From Candidatus Poribacteria bacterium (lineage in GTDB: Bacteria; Poribacteria; WGA-4E; PCPOR2b), in assembly GCA_965208675.1 (NCBI GenBank), contig OZ242351.1, positions 2,432,001 through 2,496,000 on the forward strand: 64,000 nt of DNA, written 5' to 3'. Each line of letters begins with the position of its first letter. Positions within the stretch are counted from its first letter, which is position 1. Below are positions 30,901 through 40,400 of the stretch, in pieces. A program made the translations under genes and the position numbers. The notes beneath the pieces are model-generated. The model did no database searches. It had not been told where the DNA came from and saw only the letters and a list, made by a program, of their open reading frames with translations.

Positions 30901-32887
30901 TCTGCCAGTTGTTCTTGCGGACTTGGGTCTGGGTGACGTTGCCGTTCTTGTCGTAGGTTGGGATGGTGTGCATGTTATCGGCAACGCGCCGGGTGTATTT
31001 TAGCTTTCTATCTTTCCAGTAGGCGTATTCGGTGCGTCTGCCCTGCGCGTCAATGTCTGCCGTTTTCAACCCGCGGTTGACATCCCACTCGGATTTGGTC
31101 TTGATGATATGGTCTGCACCGTTTACTGTGACGGTGGTCTTGACCTCGATTGGATACGTGTGATGGGTCGCATCATAGACAGTCTCCACAACCTTCTCTT
31201 GCGTTGTCCCCGGCATGAAGGTGGTCTTGGTTCGGTTGCCGTAGGAGTCGTAGGTGTGCTTGGTGATGATGTCGTGGTCGACGGCGTGGGGCTGTGTGCC
31301 GGTATTGGCTTTGCTGCGCTGCTCGGTGAGATTTCCCTTCGAGTCGTAGGTGAACGTCGTCTTATGCCCCATCGGGTCTATCTGCCAGAGGGGGCGGTTA
31401 AACTTTGTCTCGTAGTCCGCCGTCCATTTGCGGAAAACAGAGCCATTCGTGGTATCTATCTGTTCCCAATTCGTGGCGTTGCCCATCTGACTGTTGTGGG
31501 TGGCATTTGTGCCCGCATAGTAGATTTTGTACAGAAAATCCAGGCTGGAAGAAGCACCGCCATGTTGCGATCTAATAAGATTTCTATTGGAGTATACCCA
31601 ACGCGAATCGGCATAAGACGCCCGCGGCATTTTCACACCTTTTACATATATCCAGCGTCTGCTTCCCAAACCGTGGTGTTTAGCAATGACGGCGCTTGAG
31701 GTGACAGTATAGCCGGCGTAATGCCGGTCGCTTCCGCTTTCTATGGCATGACGGCGGTTGTTATGTCTACTAGTAATAAAATAGTACCGGCGATATACTA
31801 TGTCCCCGTGAATGCTGCCTGCCTTGGGAAGATTTCTGACGTACACAGTTGACACCTGGAGGTGCTTGAGTCCATAGTTATATAAATAGCTAATTGTGGT
31901 TCGAGAGCCCAACGGAGAGACGATTGCTGAGAGATAGCGATAGTTATTCTTGTAGTAGGTTTCGTATTCGTATTGAGTCTTTAACTCACTGCCGCGGGGG
32001 TCGCCGGTGCCAAGCGGATGTGTAACGGATTTCAGGCAAGTTCGCACAGGTCTCGCGTATCTGCCATAGCAACCGTGGCTGTATTTTACCGTCCGATAGA
32101 CGGTTGTTAATGCCGTTGGCGTGCCCAAACCGAACTCAATTTTACTGATATGCCGCGTCAAATTCGTGTTATCTATCCGGACATCATAGTAGAATTTCAG
32201 TATCCGTCCGAGCGAATCTTCCACCGCGACGAGCCGGGGATATTTAGGAGCGCTAGTGCCTTGATAGCGTGTCTCAGGTGCGTTCTCATAATGGAGTGTA
32301 AGTTTGTTGCCGTTCGGGTCTAAAATCTCTTTCAACACATACCGCGCGTAACGATCGGTGACAAGTTGCTCAAACGTGTATTTGATACCGTGCTTGGTTG
32401 TGTAGATAAATGCGCCAGCCTGTGTGCCTGACTGCACTAACTTCAAAGTGGCGCGCACCCCGGCTTTAGGGGTTAATTTTATGTTAGGTTTTCTGCCAGT
32501 TCCCGTAAAGGTATGTTTCGCGCCGCTGCCGGTGGTAATTGATACGATCTGCAGTTTGTAAGCTCTACTCCCGTAATGCCACGCCCCACCAGTGTATATA
32601 TCCCATTGATAGGAATGAGACCAATCGTGTCCGATATAACTGGCGCCTTGATACCAATTACGAGAGATGCCGTTGTAAATGTAATTCCGCGTAAATTCAA
32701 GCCCCAATCCGCGCCCCGGCACAGTCAAATCGGTCTCCGAAAAAACGAGCTGAAAAGAAATCATATTGACCATGCTGTCCATCTCTTGCGGGTAATTCGG
32801 CACGGGACTTCCGAACTGGCTGGGGGCGGTGTTAGAAAAAGCGAATAGCATCAAAGTTATTAACAGATAGAAACAGATTTGCTTCAT
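27956..32887 (-). CDS. Rhs/YD-repeat protein with Sec signal, inserted LamG domain and HExxH C-terminal domain
   Basis: Signal peptide; DUF6531-like LEFTRNY..GHDWSHSY; YD repeats; WHFDEG..LDDVSIYDAALS LamG; RDPAG..NNPLAFIDPTG; CT with HEVTHAWQ; ends VTWGSIKIQ. Confidence 0.93.
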   Translation of the reverse strand: MKQICFYLLITLMLFAFSNTAPSQFGSPVPNYPQEMDSMVNMISFQLVFSETDLTVPGRGLGLEFTRNYIYNGISRNWYQGASYIGHDWSHSYQWDIYTGGAWHYGSRAYKLQIVSITTGSGAKHTFTGTGRKPNIKLTPKAGVRATLKLVQSGTQAGAFIYTTKHGIKYTFEQLVTDRYARYVLKEILDPNGNKLTLHYENAPETRYQGTSAPKYPRLVAVEDSLGRILKFYYDVRIDNTNLTRHISKIEFGLGTPTALTTVYRTVKYSHGCYGRYARPVRTCLKSVTHPLGTGDPRGSELKTQYEYETYYKNNYRYLSAIVSPLGSRTTISYLYNYGLKHLQVSTVYVRNLPKAGSIHGDIVYRRYYFITSRHNNRRHAIESGSDRHYAGYTVTSSAVIAKHHGLGSRRWIYVKGVKMPRASYADSRWVYSNRNLIRSQHGGASSSLDFLYKIYYAGTNATHNSQMGNATNWEQIDTTNGSVFRKWTADYETKFNRPLWQIDPMGHKTTFTYDSKGNLTEQRSKANTGTQPHAVDHDIITKHTYDSYGNRTKTTFMPGTTQEKVVETVYDATHHTYPIEVKTTVTVNGADHIIKTKSEWDVNRGLKTADIDAQGRRTEYAYWKDRKLKYTRRVADNMHTIPTYDKNGNVTQTQVRKNNWQTGTLIAQTKTEYDAMNRAVKAHSFKDNWTTPYATAETVYNIAGDISQTKDPRGLITNYTVDELGRVTKQTLPDGDWVETRYNTLNQVTKAWTSQTGTETSPAVSNTYDNLNRLSKVSYKTGEVVDYTYDLGDNVLTQKTNDGANTYTYTFTHDQLNRIKNRTDSLLGYKTVYEYDDSSMRTRMYVNPTTGSTTTKLYDVQYTYDEANRLLTVKDVLANKTESYGYFDIGALKKVTVPNGITAHRTLDNVNRLSTLTYKKDASTTLSSLTYTYDDKSNVTQLVRDDTGAGGSSKTFTFGYDNISRLTSANYGNETVSYTYDKSGNRLTQVSSVDGTTTYTVATNSNQLTYRSLVPEDTDFSTMNYTYDAEGKLTQRSEGTDSDAFTYGFGSQLKQIQKTRNNTVTQTLTYAYDGGGKRVKVSDSQGTRYFLYDGLMPVLELDSSKNITASYLYGGNGVVYRRKHNAVAHWHFDEGTGTVAHDVDGSQNGTLGGGTENKKPAWSTENGGSLLFDGTNDVVKVADSDALDLVGNTLTISCWVKRSTVASGNLVKKANASNGYRLWITSTGAVQFEVLFSGTTKTVTSATTIPLNTWKHVAARYDGSELRVFIGGTKDTASTASTASLAATTKALWMGFYDATNHHLNGYLDDVSIYDAALSDAEITKLSNNQMGRYEYHHPNALGSNIVLTDDNKNVLVRYEYDVFGAVRSEVGTTDNARKFTGKEYESDVKLYHFPGRPVGYDPYTGRFNQRDPAGDGINWYAYANNNPLAFIDPTGLRALSALESYAVDMVFNGSISADELDITIKPLFDSRGKPVRGKYLEFRDGKHRIAVNPDFYAGLNAGSTTSDAFGSNGSLTADVTNALGILIHEVTHAWQRKYNRFRGRSPWRDPPPDKSFYAFNRHELTTLNLGMEQHASATQSYFHIAWQLSWGRTVVDLRMDMRFEEYRRQVISVQDAHSALSWFQPLITQYNLVTWGSIKIQ
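28911..32700. repeat. 3.79-kb direct repeat (second copy 38410-42199): shared Rhs core
   Basis: Constant 9499-bp offset; identical shadow ORFs in both copies; no mismatch noticed by eye. Confidence 0.9.
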
Positions 32888-32905
32888 TGTGTGTGTCCTC
32901 CTGAG

Positions 32906-33751
32906 TTATTGACTTGTTTTGCCGTATAATTGATGAATCCATGTGGATTTGTCGAGCGCTTGTTTGGCTTCGGCGTCTCTTTTGTGTTCCTTTAGGCAGA
33001 GAGCGCGTAGACCTAGGAAGCCCGACATTTCTTCTGCCGGTGATAGCGATTTCAAAAAGCGGTTGGCTTGTTCTTCTGCTTCGGTGAATGGGTGCGGCCA
33101 CTTGCGGTAATACGAATCCGGATAAGGATTCCACCCTCGCCCTGTCGCCTCAATGTTGAAACGTCCATTTTCCGACTCCCACCGCGCAAAGAGATGAGCT
33201 TTAGCGCGTACCAACTTTAACGGGTAGCCTAAGCGTCTACCGATGGCAACAACCAAGACAGGCATCGAGGCGCAAGTTCCCATGGGACGCTGAGATAACA
33301 GCCCATGAAGGAACAAATCTTTTGAATCGGCAAAAAACCGCGTCGATTTAAGGTCGTCCAATGCGCCAGTCTCAATCAGTTCGGAATTGTATTTGACCCC
33401 CATATCCTGCGCTAAGACCGTCACCATCATCTCTATCTGGTAATATGCCAGTGAGTTGTTGTAATAGCCCTTATCTCGATGAAATAGATGTTGGTAGCGT
33501 TCGGTTTCCGACTCAATCCGCCGCACCCATTCATCGAGTTTCGCTAAAGCGGCCGGAATATCCAATGCTTCAGCGCCGGGCAGCCCCTGCGCACAAACCA
33601 TGTTGATGTAGGCAATATCAAACTCTGGCAGTGCCGTTTCCAGTTCTTTTTCTGTTATAGCAAGTAACTTTTCAACCGATAGCGGCTCGGCAAATTGCGC
33701 TGAGCATAGCGCAGGCATCAAATGGAGAATTAGCACAGAGATTTTTGGCAT
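32906..33751 (-). CDS. Secreted transglutaminase-like (SirB1/Transglut_core2-type) protein
   Basis: DLFLHGLL..GTCASMPVLVVAIGRRLGYPL...AHLFARW..FNIEAT; putative Cys-His catalytic residues. Confidence 0.7.
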   Translation of the reverse strand: MPKISVLILHLMPALCSAQFAEPLSVEKLLAITEKELETALPEFDIAYINMVCAQGLPGAEALDIPAALAKLDEWVRRIESETERYQHLFHRDKGYYNNSLAYYQIEMMVTVLAQDMGVKYNSELIETGALDDLKSTRFFADSKDLFLHGLLSQRPMGTCASMPVLVVAIGRRLGYPLKLVRAKAHLFARWESENGRFNIEATGRGWNPYPDSYYRKWPHPFTEAEEQANRFLKSLSPAEEMSGFLGLRALCLKEHKRDAEAKQALDKSTWIHQLYGKTSQ

Positions 33752-33811
33752 GAGAATAAAAACAGCAAATTGAAAAGGAGGAAAAAGACAGCGGCGAGTG
33801 TTGTGAAAAAT

Positions 33812-34579
33812 TTACTCGCTCGCCGTTTGGAAGCGAATCACAATCGGGCCGTCCTCAAGCCCTCTGCCTCTATCTCCACCGATGTTATAAAGGTCTAACA
33901 GATGGATTTCATATTCATGACCCGGCAAAAGCCAATCGTCTTCGCTTGCAGGCAACAGGGTAGCAATGTCTTGATCGCTTGCCCAATCAATTATCCAATT
34001 CAGCCTCATTTGACCGCTGTAAACTTCAATCGGGGATCGTTGGATGTCAATAAAAGTGTTAAAAGTAATCCGTATCCCTTCTCGGTTCAACTGATCGGCA
34101 TTAGCATCAGTTTGCTTATGACTTATATTTGCTTCCTGAATCGCTGGTAAGGGCCTCGAAACATGGTAAGCGCCCAGGGTCACATCAAGCGTATCTCCAT
34201 GCTGGACACCGGGTTCGTCTTCGTAGACTATCCTCAAGGTCACATCCTTTTCAGGATTAAAGCCGTCTTGACTATCCCACACCTCTAGTCGGTTGGTTTC
34301 CAGCAGCCAAATCGTCGCCGCCGGTTTTTGATTTGGTCTAGCGTCTACCTCATTGATGCTAACCTGTCGGACAGGCTTGTCAAAGACAAGCTCTATTGTA
34401 TCCGAATGCGAAATTATCTCACGTCCATTTAGTGGAAGGATGCTGACAACCAACTCTTGAAGGCCTCGATAGTAATAAGCACTAGCTTCTATGAGCCGCG
34501 CTGGTTGTATTTCCTCATCCGCTGAGCAGCCAATGAGCAAACACAGCACGGCACACAGCATCACACTGTTCAACAGCAT
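33812..34579 (-). CDS. Ig-like-domain lipoprotein (domains A+B)
   Basis: Lipobox LIGC, family motifs. Confidence 0.8.
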   Translation of the reverse strand: MLLNSVMLCAVLCLLIGCSADEEIQPARLIEASAYYYRGLQELVVSILPLNGREIISHSDTIELVFDKPVRQVSINEVDARPNQKPAATIWLLETNRLEVWDSQDGFNPEKDVTLRIVYEDEPGVQHGDTLDVTLGAYHVSRPLPAIQEANISHKQTDANADQLNREGIRITFNTFIDIQRSPIEVYSGQMRLNWIIDWASDQDIATLLPASEDDWLLPGHEYEIHLLDLYNIGGDRGRGLEDGPIVIRFQTASE

Positions 34580-34591
34580 GTCATAATTCCT

Positions 34592-35389
34592 TTAATCCGC
34601 CGTCTGGAAGCGAATCACAAGCGGCTTCTCCTCAAGCCTCTCTCCCCTTGTGCCCTTGTAATCATAAAAATCGACCACATGAACTTCATAATCCTGCCCC
34701 GGCAGTAACCAATCATCTTCGCTTTCAGGCATCAGGATGACCGTGTGAACCGCCCCATTATCATCGTCCAATGTCCAACGATAAATACTCCAATCAAGCA
34801 TTTCTTGACCGCTGTAAACTTCAATCTTGGTTCGGTATGGGCGGTTATCCATCTCCTTATCAAAACCAATCTTTATCCCTTCTTGGTTCAACCGATTGGC
34901 ATCTACATCAACCTCACCACTCCATGGATCCAAGAACACAATGAGCGGGGGGAACACGTCAAGACTGTATGCGCCTAAAGTTACATCCAGCGTGTCTTTA
35001 TGGATGCCAGCTTCATCTTCATAGATTACCATCAAGGTTACATCTCGTTCCGGATTCCATCCAATTTGGAGATTCCACACATCTTCTAGGTGGTTGCTTT
35101 CCAGTTTCCAAATTGTCGTCGGCGGCATTTCATCGGGTTGGGCTTTAGCACTATAATTGATGCTTACTTCCAGAACAGGTTTATCAAAGACAAGCTCAAT
35201 TGTTGTAGTAGTCCCAATTACGCCAGGAAGCGGAAATGAACTCTGTGGAGTATCCTCATCATAGCCACGGGCTTCTATCAACTGCGCCGGTTGTAATTCC
35301 TCATCCGCTGAGCAGCCAATGAGCAAGCACAATCCACAAAACAGCATTGAACCTCTCGTCAGTGCATCGTAAAACCTTGCTAACTTCAT
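34592..35389 (-). CDS. Ig-like-domain lipoprotein (domains A+B); candidate partner of mini-Rhs
   Basis: Start ATG 35389 after an AAAGGAGG embedded in the mini-Rhs end; lipobox LIGC. Confidence 0.8.
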   Translation of the reverse strand: MKLARFYDALTRGSMLFCGLCLLIGCSADEELQPAQLIEARGYDEDTPQSSFPLPGVIGTTTTIELVFDKPVLEVSINYSAKAQPDEMPPTTIWKLESNHLEDVWNLQIGWNPERDVTLMVIYEDEAGIHKDTLDVTLGAYSLDVFPPLIVFLDPWSGEVDVDANRLNQEGIKIGFDKEMDNRPYRTKIEVYSGQEMLDWSIYRWTLDDDNGAVHTVILMPESEDDWLLPGQDYEVHVVDFYDYKGTRGERLEEKPLVIRFQTAD

Positions 35390-35391
35390 TG

Positions 35392-36192
35392 CTATAGACC
35401 TCCTTTGATACCCCCCAATGTTGTTGCTTTGAGGATGGGTGCACGAATCACATTCAGTAATGGTTCGTATCGCCATGACGAAGCTATATCCACTAGGTCT
35501 TGTCTGCTAAGTGTATCCTCTGATGCCGCCAAATCGCCATAATGACTAGCGTACCACTTGAAAGCCCCACCTGCGGGAAATGCTCCAGCAGCGTGCATGG
35601 CGTAGTAATGTTCTTGAACGGCTTTTGCCATCTGTTCTCGATTCAGTTGCACGTAATATAGTTGATAAAGAGTATGTTCATATCTATCATCAGGGTTTGG
35701 AGAGCCAGACCCAACAGGATCCTGATAGCCCGTCATATCTTGCCAAGCGTGAGTAAGTTCATGCACGAAAGTGCTTAGGCGCGATGGATGAAGATTGACG
35801 TTATCTATATCTATTGCATAGAGCACTATTATACGGTCTCGGAACAGCCACTCCCCGTCTTTACCTGGGCTTTCATCGTGCGTTGCGAATCGTACCGCCG
35901 TGACAAAGTTCATCAGTATATTCGCATTGCTTTCTCCAAAAGAGAAGTTTGCAGCTCCTCGGAGCGTTTCGAGTTCTGCGTTAGTTGCTAATCTGTTAAG
36001 TAACCCCGTCGGATCAATAAACTTCAGCGGATTATTATAGGCATAAATGTACCAGTTGATGCCGTCTCCGGCGGGGTCACGCTGTAAAAAGTGTCCGGCG
36101 TGGGGGTGGTAGTAGGCTTCTAAAGCGGGTGCAGCGATAAGGGTCAGCAGCAGTATTGCAAGGGTAAATCTAAAAACTGTGTTCATAGTCAT
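35392..36192 (-). CDS. 'Mini-Rhs': signal peptide + Rhs core-end cleavage module + HExxH domain
   Basis: 26-aa signal (…AAPALEA), 37-aa YYHPHAGHFLQRDPAG..NNPLKFIDPTG, 203-aa CT with HELTHAWQ..EQMA, ends ATTLGGIKGGL. Confidence 0.88.
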   Translation of the reverse strand: MTMNTVFRFTLAILLLTLIAAPALEAYYHPHAGHFLQRDPAGDGINWYIYAYNNPLKFIDPTGLLNRLATNAELETLRGAANFSFGESNANILMNFVTAVRFATHDESPGKDGEWLFRDRIIVLYAIDIDNVNLHPSRLSTFVHELTHAWQDMTGYQDPVGSGSPNPDDRYEHTLYQLYYVQLNREQMAKAVQEHYYAMHAAGAFPAGGAFKWYASHYGDLAASEDTLSRQDLVDIASSWRYEPLLNVIRAPILKATTLGGIKGGL

Positions 36193-37307
36193 TGCGTGTT
36201 CGGGCGTTTTATTCGATTGCTCCTTTTTGTTGAGAACTCGATTTCGGCATCGACTTGATTCCCCGCAACATCCATAAAATCCCTGAGTTGAATCGTATAG
36301 CGCTGACCTTCCACCAGTTCTTTGCCTTCCGGAGGGGTTATGGTCACTGAATGACTGCTCCTTTCAACATTCCAACCCAGCGGTTCACTATCATCGGAAC
36401 TGATTGTAATCTCGCCCCCGCCAGTTGAACGGTTGAATTTGAAAGTAATGCCATCGGTATTTAATGAATCGAGAGCATCGGGATCCCTAAATCGCTGCCT
36501 ATCTTTGATGGTTTGGGATATGATACCGAAGGGCGGCAATGCTTCAAGCGCTTTTGCCGCTTCGCCAATGCGACACGATTGGAGGCGCTTCAAGACCTCA
36601 GCCGCTTCTTCTCGCGTCCTCCAATCTGGATGGGATAATCCTTCAGCTAATCTAGGAACCACCGCTGGGGGGAGAGTCCCCACTTTCAGCTCCGGCTTAT
36701 TGCACGCATATTCAAAACCATATCCATAAGCGATAGCGGTACCGAAACTAAGCGCCCAATTGCTACTGTGCAACGCCTCGATTAAGGCGGAACGCCCGTG
36801 ATGTCCCATACGCGGGAGCAAAACTTGGGCTGCATCTGGGGAAAAGATGGGAGAACCATAATAGAATAACCGGATAAAACCCGCAATTTCTTCCGGTGTG
36901 AGTTCTTCGCGCCCTGTGTAACCTATGAAGCCACCTATCGCTGAATAACGCATAACCGAATCTTCAGCTTTTAGGGCTTTAACCAACCCACGGACGATGT
37001 GTTTGTAATACGGGGTGCTCGTGTCCTTGTCTAGAAGCTGATGAAACTGATCTCTCATATCATGCAGTGTATTCAAAGCCCACGCCTGCACCCCGGTATC
37101 TTCGTGGTCTAATGCCGCAATCAATGCCGGCACTGCTGCTTCACCTATTTCGGTGAGGGCTTTACTTGCACTGTCTTGGACATCCACATCCGCATGTTCA
37201 AATTGCTGAATCAACGATGCGATGTTCTCATTGTGAGCATGAGACACTATGCTTGCCATGCTCACCAAATATAGACAGATAAGCAGGGTTCGTTTGTGTT
37301 TGTTCAC
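36189..37307 (-). CDS. Secreted HEAT-repeat protein with C-terminal Ig-like domain; candidate cognate immunity protein of Rhs 37434
   Basis: Signal peptide; IGEAAVPALIAAL HEAT repeats; ITFKFNRS..YTIQL..DVAGN; first gene after Rhs; ATGA overlap with mini-Rhs. Confidence 0.75.
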   Translation of the reverse strand: MNKHKRTLLICLYLVSMASIVSHAHNENIASLIQQFEHADVDVQDSASKALTEIGEAAVPALIAALDHEDTGVQAWALNTLHDMRDQFHQLLDKDTSTPYYKHIVRGLVKALKAEDSVMRYSAIGGFIGYTGREELTPEEIAGFIRLFYYGSPIFSPDAAQVLLPRMGHHGRSALIEALHSSNWALSFGTAIAYGYGFEYACNKPELKVGTLPPAVVPRLAEGLSHPDWRTREEAAEVLKRLQSCRIGEAAKALEALPPFGIISQTIKDRQRFRDPDALDSLNTDGITFKFNRSTGGGEITISSDDSEPLGWNVERSSHSVTITPPEGKELVEGQRYTIQLRDFMDVAGNQVDAEIEFSTKRSNRIKRPNTQ

Positions 37308-37433
37308 GGTATATCCTCCTGTATTTTTAAGGTATGATTATCAGACTAAAGCCACTGAACTTTCAGTGTGGAGAACCGTCTGATACAACACCCCATCGAC
37401 GTTTTATCTCAGTTAAAACAGTTGGGCGCCCGA

Positions 37434-40400
37434 TTATCTAGGGAAATAGTTGGAGGCCGTAGCTGCTAAATTACGAAGTTGTTCGGTATAGTCCGCAGAC
37501 CCATACGTGTTGAGTTGTCCTTCTGTAAAGCGACTATAACCAACATACCAGCGGCCAAGTTTACTTTTGCCCACTACCCAATCCATATTTTCTATTGCGA
37601 ACCGGGCGCCTAAATCGAAAGCCATCAGTTCCATGACATAAAGATAAAAATCTTTATCATAACTAGAGCTGCCATGCAGAAATACACTAGGATACATGAT
37701 AAAGTTATGGACATGAGAAAATTCATGAACCAGATCCGTTGTTAATCTAATAAGTTGGCCCACAAATTGGGGATTCGGTGTGTTTTTAACATTTACCGTA
37801 ATACCGCTGTTGTGGAAGTCAGTTGGATCAGTATTAGCATCCGATGCGAGGTTTTTATCAAACTTTATGTTCACTTGCACATCACTTTCAATTATATCGG
37901 TCAGAATACCACCCGCAGCGCCACTTCCAGCAATTCCTGTGCCGTTTATTCCCCCTGTGAATATTGCATCCCAAACCAGACCACCGTCGTCTGTCAAACC
38001 CGCCGGCCTTATATAGTTACCATCAGCATCTGTTTTAGGGACGCTTCTTATTTCGGTGCCGCCCGGCAGGACGATATACATCCCCGTCGGATCGACAAAT
38101 CCAAGCGGGTTATTATACGCATAGGCGTACCAATTCACGCCTTGACCGGCAGGGTCGCGCTGATTAAACGTGCCGGTGTAGGGGTCATAGTATCTCGCTG
38201 CGAAGTAGTAGAGTTTTACATCGCTCTCATACTCTTTGCCCGTGAATTTGCGCGGGTTGTCGCTGGTGCCGACTTCGGAGCGAACTGCGCCGAACACGTC
38301 GTACTCATACCGCACAAGCACATTCTTGTTATCGTCCGTTAAGACGATGTTGCTGCCCAAAGCGTTGGTGTGGTGGTATTCATAGCGTCCCATCTGATTG
38401 TTCGACAATTTAGTTATCTCAGCGTCGCTTAGCGCAGCGTCGTAGATGGATACATCGTCGAGATAACCGTTGAGGTGGTGGTTAGTCGCATCATAAAATC
38501 CCATCCACAACGCCTTGGTCGTTGCCGCCAACGACGCTGTTGATGCCGTTGAAGCCGTGTCTTTGGTGCCGCCGATAAAGACGCGGAGTTCGCTGCCGTC
38601 ATACCGAGCCGCCACATGCTTCCATGTGTTTAAGGGGATGGTCGTTGCACTGGTGACGGTCTTGGTTGTCCCGCTGAACAGCACCTCGAACTGAACCGCG
38701 CCGGTGCTAGTTATCCAGAGCCGATACCCGTTAGAGGCGTTTGCCTTTTTGACCAGATTCCCGCTCGCCACAGTGGACCGCTTCACCCAACAACTGATGG
38801 TTAGTGTATTGCCAACAAGGTCTAAGGCATCACTGTCTGCGACTTTTACGACATCGTTAGTGCCGTCAAAAAGGAGGCTACCCCCGTTTTCAGTGCTCCA
38901 AGCAGGCTTTTTGTTTTCAGTGCCGCCGCCCAGCGTGCCGTTCTGGCTGCCGTCAACGTCATGCGCCACAGTGCCGGTGCCTTCATCAAAGTGCCAATGC
39001 GCAACGGCATTGTGTTTCCGGCGATATACAACGCCGTTGCCGCCATAGAGATAGCTGGCCGTGATGTTCTTGCTTGAATCCAATTCTAGCACCGGCATCA
39101 AGCCGTCGTAAAGAAAATACCTTGTGCCCTGGCTGTCCGAGACTTTCACCCGTTTGCCCCCGCCGTCGTAGGCGTATGTGAGCGTCTGTGTCACCGTGTT
39201 GTTTCGGGTCTTCTGAATCTGTTTCAACTGCGAACCGAATCCGTAGGTAAATGCGTCCGAATCCGTGCCTTCGCTCCGTTGCGTCAGCTTCCCTTCAGCA
39301 TCGTAGGTGTAATTCATCGTCGAGAAGTCGGTATCTTCAGGCACTAGTGAACGGTAGGTCAATTGGTTGCTGTTGGTGGCAACCGTGTAGGTCGTCGTGC
39401 CATCAACGCTGCTCACCTGTGTGAGCCGGTTGCCGGACTTGTCGTAGGTGTAGCTGACGGTCTCGTTCCCGTAGTTGGCGCTAGTCAAGCGTGAGATATT
39501 ATCGTAACCGAATGTGAACGTCTTGCTTGACCCGCCGGCGCCGGTATCGTCTCTCACCAACTGCGTCACATTCGATTTGTCGTCGTAGGTGTAGGTTAAG
39601 GAACTGAGCGTAGTGGAAGCGTCCTTCTTGTACGTCAGCGTGCTTAAGCGGTTGACGTTATCAAGCGTTCGATGCGCGGTGATGCCGTTTGGAACCGTGA
39701 CTTTCTTCAACGCCCCGATGTCGAAGTAACCGTAGCTTTCGGTCTTGTTAGCAAGCACGTCCTTAACCGTCAGCAGCCGGTTGGCTTCGTCGTAGGTATA
39801 CTGGACATCGTATAACTTTGTGGTTGTGCTGCCGGTAGTTGGATTGACGTACATGCGCGTCCGCATCGAAGAATCGTCGTATTCGTAGACGGTCTTATAA
39901 CCCAAGAGCGAATCGGTGCGGTTCTTGATGCGGTTGAGTTGGTCGTGCGTGAAGGTATAGGTGTAAGTATTCGCGCCGTCGTTGGTCTTTTGGGTAAGCA
40001 CGTTGTCGCCCAAGTCGTAGGTGTAGTCTACGACCTCGCCCGTCTTGTAGCTGACTTTCGAGAGGCGGTTGAGGTTGTCGTAGGTATTGCTGACGGCGGG
40101 GCTGGTTTCAGTGCCGGTTTGGCTCGTCCACGCCTTCGTAACCTGATTCAGGGTATTGTAGCGCGTCTCCACCCAATCGCCGTCGGGCAAGGTCTGCTTA
40201 GTCACTCTGCCGAGTTCATCGACGGTATAGTTGGTTATCAAGCCGCGGGGGTCTTTGGTCTGGGAAATGTCGCCGGCAATGTTGTAGACCGTTTCGGCTG
40301 TAGCGTATGGAGTCGTCCAGTTATCCTTGAAGCTGTGGGCTTTGACGGCGCGGTTCATGGCGTCGTATTCGGTTTTGGTCTGGGCTATTAGCGTGCCGGT

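Noticed and set aside
13581-37400. Integron cassette array or diversity-generating retroelement
   Set aside because: No attC-like conserved palindromes between genes, and no integrase, reverse transcriptase or adenine-specific TR/VR pair was seen.
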